Source: Tubiluchus corallicola
Taxonomy: Eukaryota; Animalia; Priapulida
Assembly: GCA_030141605.1 (NCBI GenBank)
Contig: JAQGDQ010000191.1
Location: 62,001 to 126,000, forward strand
DNA length: 64,000 nt
Reading direction: 5' to 3'
A program made the position numbers and the translations under genes. This document shows, in pieces, positions 28,373-42,200 of the stretch (position 1 is its first letter; every line of letters begins with the position of its first letter). A model generated the notes under the pieces. It did not search any database, was not told the DNA's origin, and saw nothing but the letters and a program-made list of their open reading frames with translations.

Positions 28373-30874
28373 AAAAATAATATATGAATATGAAGTATAT
28401 GAATGGACGTGAAAAGGTCTAATGAAAGGTCAAGAAGCGGTGATAAAATATCTGAAAATAGTTTTGTCTGTAGTGAATCACTGACTACTACTGAATTTCT
28501 AGAAAATTAACTATTTAATAAAGTTACAGAAATTAATGAAAGTTGTAGAATTAGGAAATGAAGATGACAATTTTTATTCTTGTTTTAATGAACAACGTTT
28601 CTTTGCTTTTATTGTAGAGTAATGATAGAAAACTTTCCACACTTTCAGTCAGGCGTTTTTGCATATTATAGTATTAATTTACATATTTGCGCATAAAACT
28701 TTTGTAAAATTTTACTCCACAAGCAACTTTTTGGTATTAATAACATTTTTTCATTCTTAGGCAATTGGCTCTACTGTGACGTTAAGCTAAAATAATTTTA
28801 GTTATCACAGCCTAAATGTAAAGTCGATGAAGCCAAGGGGTTTTCAGCCATTGGCTATGTATTACAGTAACTGATTACTGTAAAACAAGAGGTTGCTAAA
28901 AGCCATAACCCGGCCATTATTATGGCACCATAGCACCTTACACGGATGTTGAATAATAGTTCCGCTACAGCAATACAACGCGAAATTTCATGGAAGTAGC
29001 TCGGACAATTTTGCGCGTGCGCGGTATCAGCAGATTCATCAGACCAGAAGGCAGAGTTTAGTAATGGTTTCTGCTATAGCTTCATGTTTCGCTTTGGGAT
29101 ACAGATTATATGTAAAAGATCACAACTGTTAGTGAAAAAATTCTCGACTTCAACTAATTCACTCAGGAATTTCAACAGGGCTGACCAACGTGCGCGTGAT
29201 GATGTAACCGAATTAAAAAGTTTTTAACTTACACGAAATTTGAGTTTTGTGTCGCGTTTGAGTTTCAAAATCGTAATCCTGATGCGACTAAATTCCCAGT
29301 GATCAGCATGTAGATGAAAATGAAATCGATAACGTTTTGCGATAACAGTGTCAGTACTCACAGGTCTAATTGCCACGTAGAGTGTTTTATTGGTGACTAA
29401 AACATTTTCACCCGAGTGGCGAGACAAAATTATGGTAAGGTATTTTGAATCTAAAAATTTCGAGTGAAATATTTGCCGGAATTATCATTTTTGTGGTTCT
29501 GACGGTTTTACACATTTTGCATAACAAATTTTCAGCTAATTATATACACGTTATGTTGTTTATAATTGTGGTTTGTGACTGTAATTAAGATAATGATAAA
29601 TATGATGCAAGGTTTTGAAATCAAACGCAATACTAATATTAATTTCTAAATTATTAATGGATATTGACGTCATCGTACGTTGCACGTTAAACAATTTTCT
29701 TCAATTTGCAACTTTGTATGCTGTTGCTTGTGTATTGTGTAAATAGACCATAATAGACCATACAGACATTCTTTGAAAAGTCAGAAAAGAATTACCATTC
29801 TCCTAAGCTTGATAATGCAAATTTGTTAAAGACGACAACACATTGGCTTTTTGCAATTGAACAACTTTTCAGGCGAAATTTTCAGTATAAAGTGTAAAAA
29901 GGGTTGTTGCTCAAGGTATGGTTCAGAGTACATGCTCCAGGGTTATTGTATCGAATTCATTTTTTTCAAATATGTAATTACTATTAAGAGAAGAATCCAA
30001 ATTCAACAGAACAAAGCCATAATAGAAAAGCAGTAGTTTAAGAAGGATAAGAAGCCCTCGCCACAAATGCAGTGCTGTGAACCTGTAGCGCACAGGGAGC
30101 AGATTTAACCATTGACTATGTTAGACAGATATGAGTAAAACAGCTTAATTGCATCTTTACAGTGCGATATAATTATTTATACATCCAGTAAGCCCATAGA
30201 TTTAGAATAAAGACACCTGATGTCCTCGCAATTTGTAGCCATATTGGAAACAGTCGAATTAAAGCTTGCTGACCAGCGATCTTTCAAACTCCTTCCATTA
30301 TCAGGAGGTAATCAATGTATCCAGCCGAGTCAATTATTGTTTGGTTTCGCAAGGAGTCGGTAGGGTAGCGAGATTGTTCCAAATTAAAAACAAATTATAT
30401 ATACATTTTGATAGGCTTGTGCTAGTGGCAATGTGTTTACTTGCGCTACTACCTGTAGGTTTCTCATTGTCACTGTCAATAGATCGGTAGAGTGGACACA
30501 ATAACGCCTTCATTTTGATTTCATGTAACTAGGTATAATTCTCTTTGCCACCATTGAGGCTGCTTGAGGATGACCAATCTGAAGTGTCAGGATTAGTCAA
30601 ATTTTGCTGATCTATTCGATTTTATTCCAGGGTTAGTAGTTCAATAAAACATAACTTCAGACTGTTTAACTCACCACAGCGTCTATCTAAGTGTGCATTT
30701 TTTCCGATTGATTGTGCTTTAACTAAGATAAGAGGTCAGGCCTCTTCTGTTACGTGGCTGAGGTTGTGCGTTCATATCCAGTTTTTGCTACAATTTTTCG
30801 GTGTCTCTTCCTTAATTAATTAACCGTTAGCTAATTATTGTCAGAATGCTGTTCCTTTTATGTGTTATGTTGCG

Positions 30875-31020
30875 CCTAACCCTAGTCCTAACCCTAACCC
30901 TAACCTTAACCTTAACCTTAACCTTAACCTTAACCTTAACCTTAACCTTAACCTTAACCTTAACCTTAACCTTAACCTTAACCAAACCCTATCCCTAATC
31001 TTACCCCAACCATAACTCTA
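30875..31020. repeat. Interstitial telomere-like hexamer array
   Basis: A few TAACCC units, then 13 perfect TAACCT units (30901-30978), then degenerate copies; reads TTAGGG / TTAAGG on the - strand. Confidence 0.9.
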
Positions 31021-33361
31021 ATTTTAATCCGCTTCACGAACCAATTTACCTGGTATTTACCGAGAAAATGGCCGCCAAATAATCCCAAATTCTTTAACGT
31101 TAAAAATTATAATGAAAATCAGCAAACAGCTAAATGACCATAATACAGTACGCTTAGAGTCACATAAAAGTTAAAAGACAAAAGTCGATATTGTGCCAGT
31201 GCCCAAATAACGATAAGAAAGTATTGAGATCTGACACCATAAAGAACTTAATGTCACTGGTTACTGGATGGATCCAGTGTGTTTGAGAGGTGTTTTTCAA
31301 GTTATACAGTATATAGGAATGTCGCTTTTTCTTTGGAGACTGACAGACCTACCTTTTGCTATTTTTAAAGTTGAAACTAACATTACATGAGGTAATGTGA
31401 GCCGACTGTGCATAATTCCGCCTTATTAACTTTTTTCGTTCTTGTAGTTTTATAAATAGATTTCATCTAGAGAGTAGGTTTCGCAAAAAGGGAATCGTGG
31501 GTTAGAAACATTACCGATGTGACTCAAGAAGCAAGATATGTGAGTCCTATAATGCTGGTTGTCATGAATGTGGGTCAGGTTGCATCTGAGCCACGGAGTC
31601 TACTGCGTCACGTGGGTAATAAGGGAAATGTTGTGATCCATTTTTAAACTTCATCATTGTTATAGTTATAAGTGTAAAATTGCCTTGAAAGCTCCTGGCG
31701 CATTAAAACTGGTGTTTAATAGAGCAGGGTGAGTTTTTAAGCTCCAAGATAAGTGACAAGTGCCCTTAGAGACATTTTCTTAGCCAACAGAGATAACTTT
31801 GCTCTTAGTTGTAGACTTAAAATCTCTGTCCACTTTTTTATCCTCTGGGAAACGCGTTTTGTCAATAGTTTTCTCGAGATTTTTCCAGTGGATGGTGGCA
31901 GTGACGAAAGTGGTGGTATTGGTTATAGTGGTGGTTATAGTGCGGTGGCGGTTTTCGGTGGCGATGGTATTAATGGTAGTGATGTTGGTGGCGCTGGCGG
32001 CTGTGGTGTTGAAGGTGGTAGTTGTTGCGGTATCGAAGTAAACTTACAGATGCTCTACCTGAAGGAATTTCTTATAATGACACTGACGTATGCTAGTTAC
32101 GTTTGACAACGTTATATGTAGAGGTGTATAATAATCATGATAAATTTCAAGATGACTGTTGCGATTAGTATTTATAATAGTAACGACGGCGTTGGAGGCG
32201 GGGATGGTGTGATATAGGTTATTTTGTTGTCTGACGTGTGACGTAGGCTTAGCATTAAACACAAATGGCGGTCGCGTCTATGGTGATAAGGTGCTCGGTT
32301 CATGGTTATGACATTCATGTTTAAGCGCTAAATTATGAATAACGTGCATTAGCGTCAAAATCATACGCTGCTTTGAGCATAATAATTATCAAAATTAGCG
32401 GATACAGACAGGTCATTTGATTAATTATTCGCCGAACTCATCACTAATTCAGCCAAGTTATCGCTTACAGTTGATTCAATTAAGAAAGGGCGCTAACAAC
32501 ATGGATATTTACTTACTGCGCCGCTCCATTGGTTTCTCTAGGGAGCTAATTTAGTCATTGGCGTTGATGTAATACCATGGATCTTGATTAGTAGTCCACA
32601 TTTAATAGGCACATTGTGGTCAACTGTTGCTTGACTTTGAAAGTTAATCGTCGCAGAATTTGGTTAGCTACGCCGTTTTTTCTTACGTACCATTTTTAGG
32701 TTAACAGGTAGGAAACAGGAAGCGTTAAATTGTTCAGTCAGTGGTTTTACTTTTTGATTTTTGCTAGGAGAGCGAGAGTAGTTATAACCTTTTTTAGAAA
32801 GTTGCGTCCTTCTGCTTTATAAGTCACATCTGGTTTCAGCTGATGTAATTAAACGCGTTCTCAAATATTCAGTCCCATCCCGAACCTCGTTCCCGAAGCT
32901 CTCGTTCCCGAACTTTGTAAGTTTATAATATTTAAAAAAACAAAGTTTGCTTCAGGTTTTTGAGACATGTAGAAAAAAAGAGCCATTTGTCAAGTTATTC
33001 ACAACTGCATAGCGTAATTATTAACGCTATTTAATAAAAACGTCGTGTAAGTATTTTAGTTAGTTTAGTTTAAACTTTATTTATTTATAGTGGATTTACG
33101 AAACAGACTGCGTCTGATACAGGTATCTCCACGGTGCAAGTCCTGAGTGCAAAGTGCTTGTAAAAGAATAATGGGCATCATAACTAATAATTATCACAAT
33201 TCGATAAAACAACTGACTCAGTTACAATCAGCGGATGGTGATTAAATTCACATACATGAACAATATAAACACAACAATTTAAAGTCTTAGCATGATTATC
33301 TTTTCGCGGCACGGAGAAAGAGACTGCGTTCAGGCATCTGTAAGAGTGACTAAATTGTTAT

Positions 33362-33362
<1 letters not shown>

Positions 33363-33426
<64 letters not shown>

Positions 33427-33438
33427 TGCGTGCGTGTG
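33363..33438. repeat. (GT)n followed by (GCGT)n microsatellite
   Basis: Directly visible. Confidence 0.95.
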
Positions 33439-35812
33439 ATTTACCAATAATGTTGGAACAATTTGCAAAAAACATATAAAAGAATCACAACGTTTTACAA
33501 AAAAGGTTTTCTCATTCGCCCAGCACATAATGCTACTTAGTCAGTGTGCATTATTTTTGTTTTCAACAAATATTTAAATTCATAGCAAAGACATTATTGT
33601 TACGTTTACTTTACATTGCTTAGTGAAGTATACAGACGCTCACGTCAAGTTTTGATTACTCAGACATCAAAGAGAAATGAGGGAATGCACTTATTTCCCC
33701 GTTTTATTTGTCTTCACTGTAAATATATGTTTTGGATGATGTTACGTTTTTTAGCTATGTTGTATGCATATCAGTGCCGAATAAATAATAAATAAAACCC
33801 TACTACTCGAGAGCAAGCAACTTAATTAGGGTAATTAATGTATTTATTACCTGGCATACTGCCACGCAGTGTGTGTATTAGTCGCACATCCTCATAGTCA
33901 GGATTAGAAAAGTCTAGACTTTTTTCGTCCAGGATTCTGTACTCGCCTATAATAACAGCTGACAGGACTAATTTCGCTCTAATTTTCGGGGTTTAAAGAT
34001 TAAAGGTCAAGGTCAAACGTTTTTCTAGCCTCAGCCTTACAATCAATTAAGAAATTAGTGATTCTGAAATCAACTCATTTGGCGAGACACGAAGATGAAG
34101 ATTAAAATAGCATTATAAGTGATTTTACTTATTTTAGCTGTGACAAAACTGTAGACGATAGAAGTTTAATAAATTAGTGAATAAATACAGCACACTAGAT
34201 CAGTCAAGTTTAAAACAAATTAAGGAAGCGCTTGCAACTACCTAGTCGTCTCTCTTGATTCCAGTAGCATTAAAAACTAAATCAAACATATTCCATGATG
34301 AACAACAAAAAGAAAAAAGTGTTATGTCTCTATTACTGTAGGAGAGTCTGGTAGCTACAATACTTCTATTATGTGTTGTTTTTTAATATCTTGTTTTCGA
34401 TGTACTTTCATTCAGTTTTTTGGACTATACGTTTAAATCTGCTCACAGTTGGGATTGCTTAGGCTTGGTGATTAATAGTGCAAAATAACTGACTTCGGGT
34501 TTATTACCAATAAGCGTAGTGAGTGTTGAGCAAAACTAGAAGCAATAAATGGTGTTTTATTGATTACGTATTGGCGCTGTATATCGTTTACCTGTACAGT
34601 AGAGTTGCTGACCATTTCTAATGACCCTGTGAATAACCCAATGCGTTAACAGATTATGAGGTAAATAAACAAGGTGTAAACAGTAGCTAACTTGGACCAA
34701 TTGCAGCTTTTCAACTTTTAAAAGGTAATGAGATTATTAAAGAAGGTAGTTATTACAGGTTTTATAAAAAGAGATGGTTCGATGCGTTGGAAGATTCTTA
34801 TCTGATAGTTTATATGATAAACGGCAAACCATATGAAATTTAGAGTTTTGGTGTATAAAAAACAACGAGTTTTTCATTTGCTGGCAACAAACTGCTTCAG
34901 ATTATCACAATGCAAAACATTTTAGAAAAATATAAACACAAAACTGAATACGCAGAAATTTTGTACTTATAAGATGTTAGGATCAAGTTTACTACTTGAC
35001 GAACGGGTTATCAAAGAACTAACAAAGTGCTGATGAAGGAAACGGCATTTCTAACTTCTTAGACTTGTTTTTAATCTGTTACTATTTGATAATCGTACAA
35101 GGAAGGCCTATAAAAACACAGATTTTCTATAATAGACTAGTTGAAAATCCTAAAAGGTGCTTCTAGAAAGTTCTGGCTTATATAAAGTAATATTACAACT
35201 TTTTTCCAAAAGTGGGCAAGATAGCCATTCTTAGAAATTTGACTATACTGAAACTGCAAAAAATGTTGCCAGCTTGAAAACTTAGCGGAAAGGATACAAA
35301 AGTGAAAAAAACAAAATGATTGCCAAGTTTTTGCGCAAACTATGTAAATCAAAAGAAGTTACCAGAAATAATATTAAGAATATTAATTGTGATATCTATT
35401 CCAGAGCAGCTGTACAGCAATTCATTCCTGTTACTTTATTTCAAAAACGGCGCCGTTTTCAAAAAAATCGCCGCACAAAACAATTGTAAACTTATATTAG
35501 CCTAAAAATTTATTATAAAAACAAAAATTTTTTTTTATCAAATCGACCTTGTTGAGTCTAAAAAACTACTACACTTCAAAAAGGACACAAAAAGACTTTT
35601 AAGATGTGCATAAGCAAAAAAGTGGCGACCGGGTCCAGCATGCACAATGGTAAAAAATCGCTCGTTTCGCCCAGAAGTTATGACACTCTGCACAATGCTA
35701 GAGCTCATCAAGCTGATTATTTTTTTTATTGGAGTCAATTGAAGATCCTCCAATTTGGCCGCCATTTTCAATATGCACGGCAAGGAGGCTGGTGCTAGCA
35801 TATATGGGCGAC

Positions 35813-36084
35813 ATCTTAGCTGTTAGTGCAGATAAGATGATGATTTTAGTGTGTAAATGTAGTTTTCAAGGTCAAGAAATCCACATCTGATGCTTAAAAG
35901 CACATATGGGATCACATATCTAGAATTCGAAAGTCATCATCCTTTCTCCAGTAGAACATGCAAAACAGCTAATGCATTATGGAAACGGTCTATGCAGCCG
36001 TATTTTAAACCTTGTTGCCATCTTTTTGGGAACCTTTAAAATGGTGGCCATATTGAATATTAACCCAAATCCTTGATTTTTAAA

Positions 36085-36178
<94 letters not shown>

Positions 36179-36410
36179 ATATATTTATGTTTATATAACT
36201 ATATAATTATATATATAATTGTACTGCAATCATTATCTTATTCGCCTTTGGTATTCAATATAACTAACGTATTACACAGATGGCTGCAGTCATCATGACA
36301 GGTATATGATGTCATATACGTATTTTTAAACATCACATATGGATTACTCACCTCGAAAACCTATATTTGGGCACCAAGATCGCCATCTTATTTGCTCTAA
36401 CAGCTAAGAT
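35813..36410. mobile_element. Foldback element: ~95-bp inverted arms around a (TA)n tract
   Basis: 35813-35908 atcttagctgttagtgcagataagatg..ttttcaaggtcaagaaatccacatctgatg aligns with the reverse complement of 36313-36410. Confidence 0.7.
36086..36174. repeat. (TA)n microsatellite, about 44 units
   Basis: Directly visible. Confidence 0.97.
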
Positions 36411-37139
36411 ACAGTTTTTAAAACTATCAATAGCCATCTTCTCAGCCATCTCTGACTTTTGATTGGCCTCATATCCTCGTTGAAATTATTTGTTCTGGGC
36501 CATGTAATAGCACTTCAAAATTCAACTTGTCATGTCGTCAACAATACTTATATACAAATACGAAACACTTTTAAGTTACTGGCGTGATAATTTTTCAATT
36601 TTTTTAACGTATTAGAAAGTAGCAGCCTAAGGTAAGCAGCAAACAATAAAGTGAACAGTAAGGTCAGAAGTTTAAGAGTGTGATAATTAACTTAAGAGTG
36701 TAATAATCTATTTCAAACGTTTGTGCAAACAACGTGGCTTATAATTCACGCTGTTCAGGAAAACCTGTTTCGCATAGTACAAAGATTTCGTTGTGCTGCT
36801 ATTCTCAGTACAATTATACAGAATATGTGCCTATCACGTGCGCGTATAGCTCTTTTTTTCAATAACGAATTGATTACCAGTTTGTCTAGGAAATGCCTTA
36901 CCTGAGTAATCCATCTAGGTATGCCCGGATGCTCTGAAAAATTTATCTTTATTGAATCAATTCTGTTGAGCAAACAAGTTATTTTTAGCAAACACCTGTT
37001 AAATTATTAGCACTAAATTTTCCTTACAGCATCTATAGCTCTTAACTCCGGTAACCGTCACGTAAGCTGCATACGTGTAAGAGATGTTGGACATTCCTTT
37101 ATCATAAATGTTTATTTCGATGATGATGATAGAAAAGTG

Positions 37140-37335
37140 AGAAAGTGAGTGAGAGAGAGAGAGAGAGAGAGAGCTGAAGCGGGAGTGGGAGAAAAGGGTA
37201 CAGGAGAGAGGAAGAGGGAGAGAAGATGAAGAGAAAGACGAAGAGAAGCTGGCTAAAAGAAAGAGAGAGAGGCTGAAAGTAAGGGAAAGGGACAGAAAGA
37301 AGGAATCAGAAAGAGGAGGGAGAGAGAGAGAAGGA
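37140..37335. repeat. Degenerate GA-rich polypurine tract
   Basis: Directly visible. Confidence 0.85.
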
Positions 37336-38692
37336 AAATTTTATATTTTGTAAAGCCGGCTATTCTCGAAAGACCAAACTTTTAGGGAGAAATCTGTTTT
37401 AATGTCATAAGAAATATGCATGAACAGGTGTAAAAACAAACAATGAATGATGAAATGAATGGCTCTTTATTTGCATAAACTAAGCACTTTATGTATTCAG
37501 GCTTTACTTTGCCAGCTGCTCGTCTACCAAATATTAATATTACTATTGAACTTGTCACAAGATGTGGCAAAATTATTTCGTTTCTATTTTTTCACTTCGT
37601 ATTTCAAATCAGTCTTTTTTAAATGCATTTAATGCAGGTAGTCGCAACCAACAGTTGCAAAGGTTAACAGGTAACAGGTGCATGTTATTTACGCTATCAA
37701 GCATCAGGCACGCTATTAATTCGTCTGTTTAACCAAACACTCAGTCAACAATAACAATAACAACAAAAATGGGTAAAACAATTAACCCATCGAATAACGA
37801 AGTGCTATTAACGAATAACGCATAACGAAACAAGCAACTATAGATCAATCACGGATCAGATGAACGGTTGAGACGACTGGCGGACAGGGATGGACAGTAA
37901 AACACAAAACCGGTAAAAGTTTGTCAAAATGTAAATAGACGCCAAAATTTATTTAACCATGACACAAACACTGAAAGAAGGTGGCAAACCTGTAATTGGC
38001 AGACATACAATTTGCAAAAAAAAACAGGCATGAAATAAACGCATCTTTCAATTAATTTGCGTATTCTTGGCGATCAAATTCACCATCCAACTCACAGTGA
38101 GCAAGATTTAGGGTGATTGTTTTCTATGAAGTGCTCCTTGAGTACTCACGTGCGTTTTGCCTTGCTGTAGGAGGGATATTTCAAGTATATCGATAATTTT
38201 CATGAAGAATTTAAACTCAACACATCCACTAAGACAACAACATAAATTATTTATTACGTTAGGAACTTGAAAGAGAGATACAGAACAAAAAGTTAAGGTC
38301 TGTCCATGACTGTCCATTACAGCAGGAGTTTAAAGGTCTTGCTAGGTAATATCTACAACGCGCATTTCATGCACTCTTGTGTGCATACAAAAATTTCAAG
38401 TCACCTAAAAACACTTTTCTCAATAAATCTTAGGTATTTTGATTTTTTTGCCATTGTTCTACGTGACTTAAGTAATCATTTCAGTACTTCACATTTTTGC
38501 CAAATTGCAATATAATTACTGCTGTATTTTGCGTAAAATGGTTATATTAACACGACAGATGTCATCTTTTGTGACATTCGCATGCCATCAGGTGAGTTTA
38601 ACAGTTTTAACAGATTTGCTATAGTTAATAGGTTTTTGCAAATCATTCACGCTGATTCATGTCTTCCAGTTTTACTTCCATTGCTATCTTAC

Positions 38693-38913
38693 TTGGAATG
38701 CATGTATCCTCGCCAATATGCCTGAATAATAATAGCAGCACCTTGTAATTTTAGATACTGTTTTCTTTGAACAAAACCCCTGTATGTAGCTTGCATTGTA
38801 ATGGCAGCTAATTTCATCGTCAAATATCGCTGAAGCTGCAATTTTCCAGTATGCCAAGCTCTAAAATAAGACTGGATGGTGCACACATCTTTCATTTTTT
38901 CGTCTCAAAAAAC
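38693..38913 (-). pseudogene. ASPM: ASPM (abnormal spindle)-like IQ-repeat exon, probably a decayed duplicated gene fragment
   Basis: Three IQ-type motifs about 23 aa apart: TIQSYFRAW, AAITMQATYRG, AAIIIQAYWRGY, the pattern typical of ASPM. Acceptor ttattgactacgcAG and donor AA|GTAAGA flank it. The first 18 nt contain an in-frame TGA or need a frameshift (GFLRRK.. / MKDVCTIQ). Confidence 0.65.
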
Positions 38914-39133
38914 CTGCGTAGTCAATAAATTAAACGAAATTAGCATTTTTATCATTATAGCATTAAGATAATTTTACATTAAAATTGAGATAATTGCTTT
39001 GTGCTCAAACAATAGGCCAGTAATTTCGACTATAGTTCAGTCCTCTGTTTATATGAGTTTTGAGACGACTAGTGCGTTTGAGGCATAAGTGGCGAATGAA
39101 CCAAACTGTAAATGAAAATATGTAATGTGTACG

Positions 39134-39255
<122 letters not shown>

Positions 39256-42200
39256 TTTTTCCTCCTCTTCACTGAAAGAAAGGATGTCGTTTCTCGTTGT
39301 TAATCATTATTATAATCATCATCATTGTCTTTATCATGAATCCTATTGCTATTTCACAAATGGAGCAGTAAATAACCTCAGGACTTAAAATAAAATTGCA
39401 AGCTTTTCTCGAATCAAGTTTTCATTAAACATAAGTGATCCTTAGAATTTTGTTAGGTCAATTTAGATTTTTGCTAAACATTTATCGTCGTTATAAATTT
39501 CGGTTATTAATTTAAGTTCAACTAAAGACTCAACTCTAAACACTGTTTACACGCATGTCGCCACATTTAATAAAATAATGCAGACTTAAAATTATTCAGC
39601 TAATCACAGCGTTGCAATTTAGTGAACACTTAATAGTATAATAACTCCCCATTTTATTAATTATTTGTAATTTCAATTTCAAGATTATTTATTCATGATA
39701 GTCCTGTTTCATATCAAGGTTCAGTCCCGACCTTTATGCCTTTCCTTTACTTGGGCAAGTTTGGATTTAAAATTCAATAATAGTGCGTTTATACCATTAT
39801 CAACCTCCCATTTGTTGCTGTCCATTTCTGACAATGGCATAGAATGTAAAGTTTTATTTTTTTATAAAGCTATCTTTTTTCAAAACAGTTTGTCTGGGTT
39901 ATTTAAATCTACCATATCAGCTTCTCGAGACTGGTCTCAACCAAATATGAAGCCCGCGCTCTGTTAAGCTCGATGGTCGTGTGGCTTCAAAAATTCAGCC
40001 CAACTTATTTGCGGAAATGGGGATTTTCAGGCAATTAGACGCTGTCACGCCTCGCAGGGTCCACCAAATCGCTTGCCGATTTATCCTGCCTGCATGCTGC
40101 AGTAGGGTGGACTCTAACATTGTCTACTTTGTTATTGCTTTTCATAGTGAATAGACTTAGAGCTGTCCGGAACTACAAATTGCGAAACGTATGCTCTTTT
40201 CACTTGACGTAGCTAGTTGGTCAAGCCGTTTTGCGGTGCAGGTATGGAACCCGTCAAAAGCTACTTGTGCATTTCTAGATGCGCTCTCCGTTTAATACTT
40301 CAGTTATGTTGGGGCCGTGTATTGGCAGTGCAAACTGCATTAGTAACATGTGTAGCATGAAACAACAGTACGAGTGTATAATGAGAGGACATGCCATCTA
40401 ATGACAATAAAAAGTTTAGGTCTATATGGTAATGACTACCCCAGGGAAATAGTTGAGGACATAGATTGATTTAAGATTCTTATTTTTATGTATAGGTTTT
40501 TTCTAGAATATTTTTAGGGTTATGTCAGTAAATCTGTCTAAAGAACTGCGAGTACATTGCTGTTGGCATTGGTCATAGTTGATTTCGCCAATACGTCACC
40601 ATTTTCGCATTTTATTAACGTCATGACCGGAGACTAATTTAAATATTAGTTTAGTCGGCAGTTGCTCATTATATAAATAATTAAAATTATATAAATTTGT
40701 TATTTGTCATTTATGTTTTTTGGCTCTATAGCTGTATGTAATAGCTCTGTTTTGTACTTTTGCATTATGTTGTTGTTTTGTTGTATGTATGTCATTGTGG
40801 TATAATGTCTATGCGAATAATAAATTCAGTTCTAAATTTTATTCTGTAATTCTCTATAAAAATGCACACTTTGGAGCTTACCACTTTTAGCTTTACAATA
40901 TCTTTTTAGACAGGCTCAAGAAAGTTGTTTTTACTAGACAGACAAATTGACTTTTTTGCTGTATGCTGAAAGTGAATGTGATGTCGATCAACTTCGATTA
41001 GCGAAATCCGAGATGTAAGCAAAGTTGAAGCCTTACTTTTGTTATTGATTTTTTTTATTAAATTTACTGCAATTGCGTTCGCCTTGCATTGTCCGTTAAA
41101 GTATGTTGTGAACGAACACATCTGCAATATTATACTGGTCACTGCTCTATGAAGCATTCAATAGAGCAGAGAACTAAATCTCATAGCTGACCCACATTCA
41201 GAATTTAAACTTGTGCAAACACTTACGTAAAAATTACATAAGCATACATAATAAAAGTATAAGAACAGATAATAAGAATGCATAGAATAAATTGAAATTC
41301 GATATAAAACTTTACAACAGACTGCGGGTTCATTTTGCGCGAGTCCCATCACAGTTCTGATATTCGATTCAATAAGGAGACCCAGCAAATTCTCTTCTAC
41401 ATTTAATAATGCGCGTTTCGTGTTGTAAGCCAGGAGACACGCTTAACTCAAAGCCGTAAGACATATAAAATAAAAAATTTACTAAGCAAGCCCTTAAGCA
41501 AAACAAATGCCGTCTTTAACTAAGAATCAACATATTAAGTTAAGTTGCTTCGGTCTACACATATGTATGAAATATGTTTCAAACTTAAGGTTCCACTTAA
41601 GTCTTCAGACAAAATATTGTTCAGGTGTTTGTGAAAGCGAACCGCTTTACAGTTTGATTGATATCACCATGAATAAGAAACCTCTGGACGACATTCTTTG
41701 ACGACTAGCTCTTACAGTCATTGGCTCAGATTTAAAAAAATAAAAATTATTAAAATAAAAAAATAAAAATTATTAAAATAAAAATAAGTGATCCAAGAAT
41801 GTATGGCACTATTCTCCGAAAGCGAATGTCCATAAGATTGGGGAGACTGCGATAGTTCTGTATAGTAAGGAGTCATTAGAGTACTCAGCGAAGATTCAGA
41901 GCAAAGAGTAAGAAGAAGAAATGGATTGGTAAGTCAGACTTTTGGTAATTCAAAAACATACAAATGAAATAGGCGCGGTCAAAGCAGGAGCACTGAGGGA
42001 CTCCAGACGAGGTATCAGTTGAATAATTAGAGGAATTCTTCTACAACAATATATTTGCAAACAAGTTAGACTCCAAAGAAGTTCGAATATACATGGCATG
42101 TCGTTATTTATTGACATTCTTCACAAATATTTTGAAATCCACATGTACATTATAGTAGTTCTATTTGCAACTTACACGTATGGGGAACATAAAACATACA

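Noticed and set aside
31753-32106. Gly-rich 117-aa ORF
   Set aside because: Degenerate GGT/GTT triplet low-complexity tract; no domain signature.
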